The notes beneath the pieces were generated by a model. It saw nothing but the letters and a program-made list of their open reading frames with translations. It was not told where the DNA came from and did no database searches. DNA of 64,000 nt, taken from contig CBDCSU010000006.1 in NCBI GenBank assembly GCA_965221775.1, positions 1,568,001-1,632,000 of the forward strand. Reading direction: 5' to 3'. This DNA comes from Candidatus Latescibacterota bacterium. Lineage in GTDB: Bacteria; Latescibacterota; UBA2968; UBA8231. The position numbers and the translations under genes are program-made. Shown piece by piece: positions 47,852-57,825 of this stretch. Each line of letters opens with the position of its first letter. The first letter of the stretch is position 1.

Positions 47852-49665
47852 GGCCCGACCCGATCCTGCAGCGCCCGCCGGCGCCGCGGACCCTGCTCCG
47901 CTTCCTGGTATGGATGGTCCGCACCGATCCCCGCCGGGCGATCGCCTCGCTGGCGCTGCAGTTCGCCGCCGGACTGCTGCCGGCCGCCACGGTCTGGATC
48001 GTCCGGGAGATCTTCGACCGCGGCCTCGACGTGTACGAGGGCCGGCTGGCCGTCGATGCCATGCTCCCGTGGCTGGCCCTGTGGGGCGCGCTGAGCCTGG
48101 CCGGGCACGGGATCTGGACGTGGTCGCGGACGATCCTGCTCGAGCGCCTGAAGCAGGCGATGGAGGACCGGCTCCTCGAGCAGCTCCAGGCCAAGTCCCG
48201 GTCCCTCCGCCTGGAGGTCTTCGAGCGGGCCGACTTCCACGACCTCCTGCGCCGCGCCCAGGAGGCCGCCACGCCCGGCTTCTTCCTCAACCTCCTCTTC
48301 GAGAGCTACACCATCCTCACGGGAACGGTGACCGCGGTCTCGGTGGCCGTCGTCGTCGGCCTCTGGGACCCGCTCCTGCTCCTCGCCATCGTCCTCGTCT
48401 CGCTGCCGTCGCCCATCGCCGGCGCGATCCAGAGCCGGTCCAGGTTCTACCTGCAACGCGAGCAAACCCAGTCACAACGCCTGCGCGGCTACCTGGAGAG
48501 CACCCTCACGGGGAGGGACGCTGCCAAGGAGGTGCGCGTCTTCGGCCTCGGTCCGGTCCTGATCGGATGGTGGGAATACCTCTACTGGAGGGTGGCGGAC
48601 CGGATCTACCGCCAGAGCCGGAGGCACTACGCCGTCGCCGGTACCCTGTCGGCCTTCAGCCTCCTGGGGCTGGCCGCCGGCGTCGGCTGGGCGGCGTGGA
48701 CGGTGCTGGACGGCGGTCTGTCGGCCGGGCAGTTCGCCGCCATGATCGTCGCCCTGCGCCAGGTGCGGCACGGCGTGGACGAGATCGTGGGCCGCATGGG
48801 CTTCCTCTCCCACTACCTGCTCAACATCGCCGACCTCTTCATCTACCTGGACCTGGGTCCGGAGGAGCCGCGGGGAGGCAGGAACATCGGCGCCCTCGCC
48901 GGGAGACCGATCGCCGCCCGCGGCCTCTGCTTCCGCTATCCCCAGGCGGAACGCCCCGCCCTCGAGGAGGTCGCCTTCACCATCCGCCCCGGGGAGCGGG
49001 TCGCACTCGTGGGTGCCAACGGCTCCGGCAAGACCACCCTCGTCAAGATCCTGCTGGGGCTGTTCCGGCCGACCGCGGGCGAGCTGCGCTACGGCGATCT
49101 CGAGGCGGAGGAGGTGGACCGCGACCGGCTGCGGGACCAGTCGGCGGCGGTCTTCCAGGACTACACCCGCTTCGCCTTCAGCCTCGGCGAGAACATCGGT
49201 TTCGGGCGGACCGAGAGGATGGGGGAGCGAAGCGAGATCGAGCACGCCGCGCGCCAGGGCGGGGCCGACACCGTCGCCAGCGGGCTCCCGGAGGAGTACG
49301 ACACCCTGCTCACCCGGGAGTTCGAAGGCGGCACCGAGCTGTCCGGCGGCGAGTGGCAGCGGGTGGCCATCTCCCGGGGGTTCATGCGGCGGGCCGACTT
49401 CGTCGTCCTCGACGAGCCGACCGCCTCCCTGGACCCGCAGGCCGAGGCCGACGTCTTCCGCCGATTTCTGTCCATGGCGGGAGGACGCACCACCATCGTG
49501 GTCTCCCACCGCCTGGGCTCGGCGCGCCTTTGCGACCGGATCCTGGTGCTGAAGGAGGGCCGGCTGGTGGAGAACGGCACCCACGACGAGCTGGTCGCCG
49601 GGGACGGGGAGTACGCCCGCATGTGGGGTCTGCAGGCGGGGTGGTATGACCGGGAGGTGCTGTAG
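47839..49665 (+). CDS. ABC exporter, fused permease/ATPase (probable heterodimer partner)
   Basis: TM domain; GANGSGKTT, LSGGEWQR, LDEPTASLD, VSHRL; start approximate. Confidence 0.9.
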   Translation: MVPVGPDPILQRPPAPRTLLRFLVWMVRTDPRRAIASLALQFAAGLLPAATVWIVREIFDRGLDVYEGRLAVDAMLPWLALWGALSLAGHGIWTWSRTILLERLKQAMEDRLLEQLQAKSRSLRLEVFERADFHDLLRRAQEAATPGFFLNLLFESYTILTGTVTAVSVAVVVGLWDPLLLLAIVLVSLPSPIAGAIQSRSRFYLQREQTQSQRLRGYLESTLTGRDAAKEVRVFGLGPVLIGWWEYLYWRVADRIYRQSRRHYAVAGTLSAFSLLGLAAGVGWAAWTVLDGGLSAGQFAAMIVALRQVRHGVDEIVGRMGFLSHYLLNIADLFIYLDLGPEEPRGGRNIGALAGRPIAARGLCFRYPQAERPALEEVAFTIRPGERVALVGANGSGKTTLVKILLGLFRPTAGELRYGDLEAEEVDRDRLRDQSAAVFQDYTRFAFSLGENIGFGRTERMGERSEIEHAARQGGADTVASGLPEEYDTLLTREFEGGTELSGGEWQRVAISRGFMRRADFVVLDEPTASLDPQAEADVFRRFLSMAGGRTTIVVSHRLGSARLCDRILVLKEGRLVENGTHDELVAGDGEYARMWGLQAGWYDREVL

Positions 49666-49669
49666 AGGT

Positions 49670-50473
49670 CTACTGCTTCTTGCCCCGCGCGTTGGCGAGA
49701 ACCCAGACATCCCGGAAGAACTGCTGGCGAGCGGCGGACAGGCCGCCGATCACCTGTGGATTCATGCAGGGCTTGGGCTCGTGGTAGCGGACGGTCACGT
49801 GGTTGTACGCGATGAGAATGGCTCGGCGGGGGTGATCCGGGATGGTCCAGGGAGCAGCGGAGTGCCGCACCCCTTCCGAGAAAACGACGAGGCTGCCCGC
49901 CGGACAGCCGTAGGTCTCCCAGATCCCGGAGTCCGGATCATCCGCCTCCTCCGGCCACGCTCCGTCCTTGTGTGAAGCCAGATTCGCCTTGTGCGAGCCG
50001 GGCACGAGGCAGGTGCCGCCCCGACCCTTCTCGACCTCGTTCAGCTCCCAGACGATGCGCGTCATGCCGCTGTAGATGCGGCCGTCCTGATAGCGGTAGG
50101 ACAGGGAGGGATCGAGGTTCGCGCCGCCCGCGTGGGGCCGCCACGGGTCCTTGCCGCCGGCGGAGCGGCTGGAGACGAAGACGCTCTCCAGGCGGATGTG
50201 CTCGCGCTTGGGGGCGAGCACCGTCTGCAGGAGCCCCATGACCCTTGGATGATCGATGAGGAACTCCGCGGGCCCCGCGATCAGCGCGCGGTGATGCTCG
50301 GGCAGGCTCTCGGGATCCCGCAGCAGGATCTCCGTGTGCTGGCGCACCGTGCGGGTCTCCTCGTCGGTGAGCACTCCGGGGATGACCAGGAAACCCTTGA
50401 GGTCGAAGAGGAACTTCTCGTACTCCGTCATGGGCTGAACCGCGCCATCCGGCGCTGCACTTTGCGTGGGCAT
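49670..50473 (-). CDS. PhyH family dioxygenase
   Basis: EKFLFDLKGFLVIP, PHAG, LVPGSHKAN, AGSLVVFSEGVRH, RRAIL. Confidence 0.87.
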   Translation of the reverse strand: MPTQSAAPDGAVQPMTEYEKFLFDLKGFLVIPGVLTDEETRTVRQHTEILLRDPESLPEHHRALIAGPAEFLIDHPRVMGLLQTVLAPKREHIRLESVFVSSRSAGGKDPWRPHAGGANLDPSLSYRYQDGRIYSGMTRIVWELNEVEKGRGGTCLVPGSHKANLASHKDGAWPEEADDPDSGIWETYGCPAGSLVVFSEGVRHSAAPWTIPDHPRRAILIAYNHVTVRYHEPKPCMNPQVIGGLSAARQQFFRDVWVLANARGKKQ

Positions 50474-50543
50474 CGTTCAGACCTCTGGACTGGGAAGCGG
50501 CGACCGTCCCCCAATGAACCATGTCAGAACATGTGCTGCCAAC

Positions 50544-51584
50544 TCATGGCCCCACGGCGTACCGCCGCACCGCATCCTCGTCCAGCTCGACCCCCAGCCC
50601 CGGCTTGTCCGGGACCACCGCATGGCCGTCCCGGACCAGCGGTTCAGCGAGCAGGCTGTGCTCGTGGACGAAGTTGCCGCAGAGGTCGCTGGCCAGGGTG
50701 CAGTTGGGAGCGGCGGCGGAGGCGTGGAGGCGGAAGGCGTCGAAGATCCCCAGGTCGACGTTGGAGGCCTGCCATACGGGGATGCCCGCGGCCTCGGCGA
50801 TCCGCGCCATGTCGAGGAAGGCCCAGTCCGATGGGGCGACGTTGATCCCGTCCACGGCGTCGCGGGACACCATCTCGATCACCTGACGGGGGTTCTGCAG
50901 GTGGGGGGCGATGAGGATCGATGTCGCTTCCTTGAGGCGCCGGTAGTCGTCCACGTCGTCCTTGGGGATCGGATCTTCGAAGACGACGTCATACGCCTCG
51001 ATCTCGCGGGCCAGGGCCAGGGCCTGCTCGACGGTATGGAACCGGTGGCCGGGATCGAGGACGATGCGCAGCGTTGGCGCGGCCTCGTGTATGGCGTGCA
51101 CCCGGTCCGCCACGTCTCCATGGTCCAGGGAGCACTTCACCTTGATGCCGCGGAAGCCCTGTTCCGACGCCCGTCTGGCGGCGGCGGCTGACGCTTCCGG
51201 TCCCATGCGCGCGATCCAGTAGTCGACCAGAACGCGGTCCTGGGCCTTGCCGCCGAAGATGCGGTAGAGGGGCCAGCCGATCGCCTTGCCGATCAGATCC
51301 AGCAGGGCGATGTCGAATCCGCCACCCCCCAGGCTGCGGGGCTCGAAGTCGAGGGGGTTCTTCCCGATCAGGTCCGGGGCGGGATGCTCGTGGTCGCCGT
51401 AGTAGGGCCCGCTCATGCCGAGGCCGGTGATTCCCTCGTCGGTGTGGATGTGGAGCACATCCTGGTTCCTCTCGCCGAGGGCGGCGGGATAGGACTCGGT
51501 GAACTCCTCGTACCGGGGTGGGGGCAGGATGCCGGGCCGAAAGGGGACGCGGACTGCGGTGCGTTCCAGGTGCGTGATCCTCAT
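50544..51584 (-). CDS. Mandelate racemase/muconate lactonizing enzyme family protein
   Basis: TDEGITGLG, DIALLDLIGK, GIKVK, FEDP, VPDKPGLGVELDE. Confidence 0.88.
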   Translation of the reverse strand: MRITHLERTAVRVPFRPGILPPPRYEEFTESYPAALGERNQDVLHIHTDEGITGLGMSGPYYGDHEHPAPDLIGKNPLDFEPRSLGGGGFDIALLDLIGKAIGWPLYRIFGGKAQDRVLVDYWIARMGPEASAAAARRASEQGFRGIKVKCSLDHGDVADRVHAIHEAAPTLRIVLDPGHRFHTVEQALALAREIEAYDVVFEDPIPKDDVDDYRRLKEATSILIAPHLQNPRQVIEMVSRDAVDGINVAPSDWAFLDMARIAEAAGIPVWQASNVDLGIFDAFRLHASAAAPNCTLASDLCGNFVHEHSLLAEPLVRDGHAVVPDKPGLGVELDEDAVRRYAVGP

Positions 51585-51597
51585 GGGTCTCCTCGTG

Positions 51598-51920
51598 GGG
51601 TCTCCTCGTGCTGGCGGTGCCCGGCGGCTCCGGCCTCGCCTCGGCGGCGCGTACGCCGGGCTTTAGTGGTGGATCTATCGCCTTGGGTGATCCTCAGGGC
51701 TGGCGAGCCCCTCGCTTCGCTCGGGTCTCTGGGCCTTCTGGATGAGTTTGGTTGTTGACCCCGGCCCGGCGTAAGGGCGCCGCTCGGCTCGGCCTGCGCC
51801 GCCGGGCACCGCCCAGGGTTCGGATTGCTGCCCACCCCTCGCTTCTCTTGTGGGTGTGGCGCCGGGTGGGATTCTGTGCCGGTGGTGGATCCGGCGCCAC
51901 TCGATGCGGTGCCCGCAGGC
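51598..51920 (+). repeat. Dispersed hairpin repeat copy J (modules 1+2)
   Basis: Arms GGCGGTGCCCGGCGGC (51613-28) / GCCGCCGGGCACCGCC (51798-813). Confidence 0.95.
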
Positions 51921-51964
51921 CAGCGGTTGCCGCTGTCACCGCTGAGCCGCACGAAGGCAGGCCG

Positions 51965-52537
51965 CTACCGCTCTCCGCGCTGCATCCGCTCAAACTCTGC
52001 CCGTGAGATCTCGAAGTCCAGCACCCTCCCACCATCCACTTCCCTGGCGATGGTCAGACCGAGGGAACGCCACAGGGCCACGGAACGCGCATTGTCGGAA
52101 GACACATCCATCGCGCAAAGCCGGTCGATTCCCAAGTCTTCGAAGGCGTACGCCATGAGGCGCTGCGCCGCCTCCTTTCCGTATCCCCTTCCCCACAGGG
52201 ACTTGTCCCAGATTCCGATGGGCAGGCGCATCACCTTCTCACCCGGCACCTTCCCCCGATCCTGGTTCATCCACTGAAGACAGACTTCGCCGATGGTGCG
52301 GCCGCTCGCCTTCTCGACGATGGCGAAGAGGAATCCCTGCTCCGCCATGGCCTTTCCCGCGCGTCTGAGATAGCCGGCCGTGACGGGTTCCTCCGGAGGC
52401 TCCCCTTCCATCGCATTCAGGAAGTCGGGATCTCGATAGTACGGAACGGCCAGATCGAAGTCCCCATCCTCGAATGGCCGGAGTCTCAGGCGCGCTGTTT
52501 CCAGGTGGAGGTTGTGACGGGCGAAGTTGTCCATCAT
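51965..52537 (-). CDS. GNAT (RimJ/RimL-like) acetyltransferase
   Basis: LETARLRLRPF, FAIVEK..G..IG, WGRGYGKEA, NARS..L...LG. Confidence 0.85.
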   Translation of the reverse strand: MMDNFARHNLHLETARLRLRPFEDGDFDLAVPYYRDPDFLNAMEGEPPEEPVTAGYLRRAGKAMAEQGFLFAIVEKASGRTIGEVCLQWMNQDRGKVPGEKVMRLPIGIWDKSLWGRGYGKEAAQRLMAYAFEDLGIDRLCAMDVSSDNARSVALWRSLGLTIAREVDGGRVLDFEISRAEFERMQRGER

Positions 52538-52546
52538 CTCGAGGGT

Positions 52547-52840
52547 GGGTCTCCTCCTGGTGGGCGGTGACTGCGGCTCCGGCCTCGCCTCGGCGGCGCG
52601 TACGCCGGGCTGCGTTGGTGGATCTATCGCCTTGGGTGATCCTCAGGGCTGGCGAGCCCCTCGCTGCGCTCGGGTCTCTGGGCCTTCTGGATGAGGCTGG
52701 TTGTTGACCCCGGGCCGGCGTAATGCGCCGCTCGGCTCGGCCTGCGCCGCCGTCACCGCCCAGGGGTTGGATCGCTGGCCACATGCGCCGGTGGTGACTC
52801 CGGCGCCACTCGATGTGGTGGTGCGCTGCCCTGGTGGGGC
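52547..52840 (+). repeat. Dispersed hairpin repeat copy K (module 1 + shortened module 2)
   Basis: Arms TGGGCGGTGAC (52561-71) / GTCACCGCCCA (52752-62); centre almost identical to copy J. Confidence 0.95.
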
Positions 52841-52955
52841 CGCGTCGTCACAGAAGCCGTACAATAGCGCAAGCCAGCTGCGGCTGGTCCCGATGAATTG
52901 CCGACGATTCGCCGGTTCCCGGTCCCCTTCGTCGAAAATGTACCCATTGCGAATA

Positions 52956-55217
52956 ATGAAGATGATCTTGTTCCCTTTGGCCCTCCTGCTCGGCACCCTG
53001 TCCATCCCGCCGGGCAGCCAGGCTCAAGACCATGCCCGCTGGGGGTTGCCGGAGGGTGCCGCCCTCCGTCTGGGCAAGGGGCGCACCGGTGAAGGCGACC
53101 GGGCCGTGGCTTACTCCCCCGATGGCACCCGGCTGGCGGTGGCCGGCAACCTCGGCGTCTGGCTCTACGATGTCCACACGGGTGCCGAGGTCGCCCTGCT
53201 CACAGGCCATGCTGCTCCCGTAAACTCCGTGGCCTTTGCGCCGGATGGACAAACCCTCGCCAGTGCGAGTGCCGACCATACGGTGAGGTTGTGGGACATC
53301 GAGACGGCACGGTCAGAGGTCACCCTCGAAGGCCATCTGAAGGATGTCCTCTGCGTCGCGTTCTCCCCGGACGGACAAACCCTGGCTACCGGCAGCAGGG
53401 ACCAGACAGTGCGGTTGTGGCAGGCGGCCACCGGAGAGCCGAAGGCTACCCTCCACGGAGAAGCGTCCTCGGTCAATGCTCTGGCCTTCTCCCTCGATGG
53501 TCAAACCCTCGCCAGTGGCTACCGAAACGGCACCGCTCGGTTGTGGGACGGATTTACCGGAGAACCCGGGGCCGCCCTCGAAAGAGGCCGAGCGGGGCGC
53601 ATCAATACGGTAGCCTTCGCGCCCGATGGTCAGACCCTGGCCACTGGCAGGCAGCAAACGATCGACTTGTGGGACGTCAACAGCGGACAGCCGCGAGCCA
53701 CCCTGCACGACATGGGCGTGCATACATCCTGGGTCAACTCCGTAGCCTTCTCACCTGATGGCAGGACCCTCGCCAGCGTGGGCTCGAACCACGTGATCGC
53801 GTTGTGGGAGATCGACTCCGTGCAACGAAAGGCCAAGTTCAAGGAGCGAGGCGCCGACTTCACTTCCGTGGCCTTCTCGCCCGATGGAACTACACTCGCC
53901 AGTGCCGGGAGGGACAACAGAATACGGCTGTGGGACGTCCGCACCGGACTGGAGGAGATCACTATCCTGGACCATGGGCATGGGGACAGGGTCAGTTCCG
54001 TTGCCTTCGCCCCCGATGGCACCACCCTCGCCAGCAGTAGCTGGGACGGGACGCTGCGACTGTGGGACCTCGGCACGGGACAGGCAGAAGCCACCCTGAA
54101 GACCCCTTGGGGGCCTGTCAGTTCTGTTGCTTTCTCGCCCGATGGCGAAACCCTCGCAAGTGGCCATTGGGTTTACTTCGTTATGCTGCTGGACATCGCC
54201 GCATTCCGGAAGGCCACCTTGGAAACCTCGACCATCTCCTGGAGAACGTCGTTGACGAGGATCCTCAAAGGCCATCGGAATGATGTGCTCTGCGTGGCGT
54301 ACGCCCAGGATGGAGAGACCCTGGCCAGCGGCGATGAGAACGGGATCGTGCGGTTGTGGGACGTGTCCAGCGAGCAGGAACGGGCTACCCTGCAGGAACA
54401 TGGTGAACGTGTCCTGTCCGTGGCCTTCTCGCCCACTGGAGAGGTGCTCGCCAGCGCCAGCGGAGACGAGACGGCGCGGGTCTGGGATGCGGACAGTGGA
54501 CAACTGAAGTCCACTCTGCGGCACACGGGCTGGGTCACTTCCGTTGCTTTTTCGCCGGACGAGAGAACCCTCGCCAGCGGGGGCTGGGATCAGAAGGTCA
54601 GGCTGTGGGAGCTGAGCAGTGGCCAGCAAGTGGGCACCCTCGAGGTCGATGGCTCCTGGATCAATGCGGTAGCCTTCTCGCCTCGCGGAAACGTCCTTGC
54701 CAGCGCCGGTTCGGACCAGACCGTCAGGCTGTGGGAAGTGAGCACCGGGCAGCCAAGGGCCGTCTTCAAAGGCCATGTGGAATCGGTCCTTTCGGTGACG
54801 TTCTCGCCGGACGGGAACCTCCTTGCCAGTGCCAGCACGGACGGCACGATTCTGCTGTGGGATACGTCCCCATCCGCCGCTCCGCCCGCGCCGACGGCGA
54901 TTCGGGTTGCCACGCCGCTGCCGGCGCGGACGGCGCTGCTGGCCAACTTCCCCAATCCCTTCAATCCGGACACCTGGATTCCGTTTCAGCTCCACGCGCC
55001 GGCTCACGTACGGCTGAACATCTACGATGTGCGGGGAGCCTTGGTGCGCAGAATCGACCTGGGTCATCGTGCGGCGGGCCAGTACCTGACCCGTGCCGGC
55101 GCCGCCCACTGGGATAGCCGCAACCATCGCGGTGAACGGGTGTCCAGCGGCGTCTATCTGTACTCCCTGCAGGCAGGGCCGGCCACCCACGTACGCAAGA
55201 TGGTCCTCACCAGGTAG
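52956..55217 (+). CDS. Secreted WD40-repeat protein with FlgD-Ig/T9SS-sorting-like C-terminal domain
   Basis: Signal peptide; WGLPEGA..RLGKG; about 14 GH..V.SVAFSPDG.TLAS...D..VRLWD repeats; LLANFPNPFNPDTWIPFQL...VSSGVYLY.L..RKM. Confidence 0.92.
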   Translation: MKMILFPLALLLGTLSIPPGSQAQDHARWGLPEGAALRLGKGRTGEGDRAVAYSPDGTRLAVAGNLGVWLYDVHTGAEVALLTGHAAPVNSVAFAPDGQTLASASADHTVRLWDIETARSEVTLEGHLKDVLCVAFSPDGQTLATGSRDQTVRLWQAATGEPKATLHGEASSVNALAFSLDGQTLASGYRNGTARLWDGFTGEPGAALERGRAGRINTVAFAPDGQTLATGRQQTIDLWDVNSGQPRATLHDMGVHTSWVNSVAFSPDGRTLASVGSNHVIALWEIDSVQRKAKFKERGADFTSVAFSPDGTTLASAGRDNRIRLWDVRTGLEEITILDHGHGDRVSSVAFAPDGTTLASSSWDGTLRLWDLGTGQAEATLKTPWGPVSSVAFSPDGETLASGHWVYFVMLLDIAAFRKATLETSTISWRTSLTRILKGHRNDVLCVAYAQDGETLASGDENGIVRLWDVSSEQERATLQEHGERVLSVAFSPTGEVLASASGDETARVWDADSGQLKSTLRHTGWVTSVAFSPDERTLASGGWDQKVRLWELSSGQQVGTLEVDGSWINAVAFSPRGNVLASAGSDQTVRLWEVSTGQPRAVFKGHVESVLSVTFSPDGNLLASASTDGTILLWDTSPSAAPPAPTAIRVATPLPARTALLANFPNPFNPDTWIPFQLHAPAHVRLNIYDVRGALVRRIDLGHRAAGQYLTRAGAAHWDSRNHRGERVSSGVYLYSLQAGPATHVRKMVLTR

Positions 55218-55232
55218 AGGCTGGCAGCGCGA

Positions 55233-56195
55233 TCAGAGGAACCGGTCGAACCAGTCGACCACCTGTTCGAAGGCGTCCACCGTGAAGATGTGACCGCCCG
55301 GGGGCCGGTGCACCAGGAAGCGGTCTTCGGCTTCGGCGTAGGCCGGGGTTACGGTGCGGATGAGGTCGTCCACGGCGGCGCTCGGCATGTCGACGTCGTC
55401 GAGAGGGGCGACGGCCATGAAGGGGCGGGGGGCGATGCAGCCGGCGACGATGTCGCCGTGATCGAAGTAGCGCAGCAGGTGTGGCACGAAGACCAGGGAG
55501 CTGTGGCGCCAGATGTTGCCCTCGTGGATCAGGCGGGCCAGGCTGCCGAGGACCCCGCAGACGGCGGCGCTGGCGCGGATGGTGGGATCGCACGCCATCG
55601 CCGTCCAGGTGGCCATGCCGCCCAGGGACATGCCGGTCAGGCCGATGCGCGCGCCGTCGACCCCGGGGAAGGCGGCCAGGGCGCGCGCCGCAAGCAGGGC
55701 TTCCTCCGCGACGATGCCGGCGTGAGGGCGGCCGTACGCCTCCAGCAGCTTCGCCTCCTCCTCCCATGCTTCCTCGGTGGCGCGGCGGACCACGGACCCC
55801 TTGAGGGAGATCGAGATCGTCGCGTATCCGCGGTTGGCCAGCTCACGGCCCCACCCCCGCAGCTGTCCGCTCTCCGGGTCGATCTCGAGTCGGCCGGCGA
55901 GGACGTTCGCCGTCGTTCCGCCGGTGCCGTGCATGCAGACCACGCCGGGGACCCGGTCGCCGGATGGATCGAGGGGCACGAGAGCGGTGCCGGTCAGCGT
56001 CTCGCCGAGGGAGTTCGCATAGGAGAGACGCAGCTCCCGGTGGACTCCGTCCTCGGCCACGGTTTTCGCGGCGGCATCCACCTCCCCGGGAATGCGGTCC
56101 ATTCCGAGAAGCTCCAGAAACCGGGCGCGTACCTGGCCGGACGGCGTGTCCCGCGGAAAGGCGGGGCGAATGCCGCGGGGCAGGGGGTTGGTCAT
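55233..56195 (-). CDS. Alpha/beta hydrolase (dienelactone hydrolase-like)
   Basis: PGVVCMHG, VD..RIGLTGMSLGG, IAPRP, GGH.F. Confidence 0.85.
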   Translation of the reverse strand: MTNPLPRGIRPAFPRDTPSGQVRARFLELLGMDRIPGEVDAAAKTVAEDGVHRELRLSYANSLGETLTGTALVPLDPSGDRVPGVVCMHGTGGTTANVLAGRLEIDPESGQLRGWGRELANRGYATISISLKGSVVRRATEEAWEEEAKLLEAYGRPHAGIVAEEALLAARALAAFPGVDGARIGLTGMSLGGMATWTAMACDPTIRASAAVCGVLGSLARLIHEGNIWRHSSLVFVPHLLRYFDHGDIVAGCIAPRPFMAVAPLDDVDMPSAAVDDLIRTVTPAYAEAEDRFLVHRPPGGHIFTVDAFEQVVDWFDRFL

Positions 56196-57811
56196 CGTTT
56201 CCCTCTCCGGTAGGTGATGTCGATCTCGAGGCCGATGAGTGATACGTGGCGCTCAGAGGCGCGGGCGTCCGAGAGCAGACGGACCTCGATCTCGTTCTCA
56301 CCCTGTCGCAGCGGCGGGGCGGTGACGGCGTACGAGGCGCTCGATCCCTCCATGTGCTGCTCCACCGGCTCGGCGGGGTAGCTCAGCCAGAACAGGGACG
56401 CCGCGGTCAGCTCCTTCCAGCCGTCGTAGGAGACCTCCGCCCCGCTCCAGTCCAGCTCCCTCCCGTTGAGGCGGACGCGGAGGGAGTCGCTCTCCTCCAG
56501 GGCGTCGAACCGCAGGGTCAGCCGGCAGGGGCCCAACTCGCCGGCCTCGCGCGCCTCTTCCAGATCGTCGGCGATCGCCAATCGCAGGACCGGTCCCTCG
56601 CCGGGGTAGTTTGGCTGTGGGCGCACCGGCAGTTGCGTCTGCGACTGGGCCAGGGCGAAGGCGCTGCTGTGGCCGGAGGAGCCGTACGCGGAGCCGGTGG
56701 TTTCCAGCTCGTAGCGCTTGTCGAGGCGGCGGAGCTTCTCCCGGTCGGTCAGCTCGGAGGCGATGCGGCGGTTCCACTCGCGCGAGCGCGTAAAGAAGTT
56801 GTAGAGGTAGACACCGTGGGCGCCGTCCTCGAGCCAGCGGAGAGCCAGGGCGCGCAGCTTGCGGTCGTCGCTGTCCCGGGTCGCCTCGATGCATCCGTAC
56901 ACCAGCGCGCCGGTTCCCGAGGCCGCCGCGACGAACTCGTCCACCCGCGTCTCGAAGGAGATGAAGCCGCCCCCGACGACGACGATGTCCACCAGGCCCT
57001 CCTCCAGCCAGCGGACGACGTCGAGGCCGACGCGGTTGCAGTCGGCGATCCCCGGAGGCACGCGGACCCCGAGCAGCAGGCGGCGCCCGCGGTCGGCGGA
57101 GACGGTCTGCATGCGGGCGCGTACCTCGCGCACGAGGCCGGTCATGTAGTGGCGGTTGGCGTAGCCCTCCTCGACGCGGAAGAAGGCCGGGTGGCGCATG
57201 AAGTCGAGCTCGACGCCGTCGACGTCGAAGCGCTCGAAGCACTCGCAGATGATGCCGGTGACGAAGGCGCGGTTGCCGGGGTGGGCGTAGTCGAGGCCGG
57301 TGCCGATGCCGTGCTCGATGGTGCCCTCGGCGAAGCGCTCGCCGGGGCGGGCGATGAGGCGGTCCGGGTGGCGGCGGCGGTAGTTGCCGTACGCCGGGTG
57401 GCGGGGGTCGATAACGTAGTGGCTGTTCATGCGGACCCGCGGAAAGAAGGGGATGCCCCGTTCCCGGCAGAGGCGCAGGAGGGCGGTCAGGGGGCCGCCG
57501 CACTCCTCGATGAGAGAGCGGACGTTGGCGGCGACCTTCGGGTAGGTGTCGTCATCGCCGGCGGAGTGAACGAAGGAGTAGAGGTCGTCGAGGCCTTCGA
57601 GGGTGGGCTGCTCCTGTCCGAAGATCTCGCCGATTTGGGTCTCGAAGTGGTAGACCTCGTGATCGCCGGTCGACCACCAGAGGGCGCCGCCGGTGCCGGC
57701 GTACCCGGCGACGACTTTGTCGCGCAGGTCGGACTCGGTGACGGGGGGGTCGGAGTTGAGGATCCAGGCGTCGTCGGTGAAGATGATTCTTGGGAAGTCG
57801 GGTTTGGCCAT
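56192..57811 (-). CDS. Putative glycoside-hydrolase-like TIM-barrel protein (GHL10-like)
   Basis: RIIFTDD, RVRMN, LDYAHP, FDVDGVELDFMRHP, GLDV..W..EGLVD, GVYLYNFF. Confidence 0.7.
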   Translation of the reverse strand: MAKPDFPRIIFTDDAWILNSDPPVTESDLRDKVVAGYAGTGGALWWSTGDHEVYHFETQIGEIFGQEQPTLEGLDDLYSFVHSAGDDDTYPKVAANVRSLIEECGGPLTALLRLCRERGIPFFPRVRMNSHYVIDPRHPAYGNYRRRHPDRLIARPGERFAEGTIEHGIGTGLDYAHPGNRAFVTGIICECFERFDVDGVELDFMRHPAFFRVEEGYANRHYMTGLVREVRARMQTVSADRGRRLLLGVRVPPGIADCNRVGLDVVRWLEEGLVDIVVVGGGFISFETRVDEFVAAASGTGALVYGCIEATRDSDDRKLRALALRWLEDGAHGVYLYNFFTRSREWNRRIASELTDREKLRRLDKRYELETTGSAYGSSGHSSAFALAQSQTQLPVRPQPNYPGEGPVLRLAIADDLEEAREAGELGPCRLTLRFDALEESDSLRVRLNGRELDWSGAEVSYDGWKELTAASLFWLSYPAEPVEQHMEGSSASYAVTAPPLRQGENEIEVRLLSDARASERHVSLIGLEIDITYRRGKR

Positions 57812-57825
57812 GGGTCTGCCTTCTT

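Noticed and set aside
53100-54870. DNA-level periodicity of about 126 bp
   Set aside because: Fully explained by the WD40 protein repeats.
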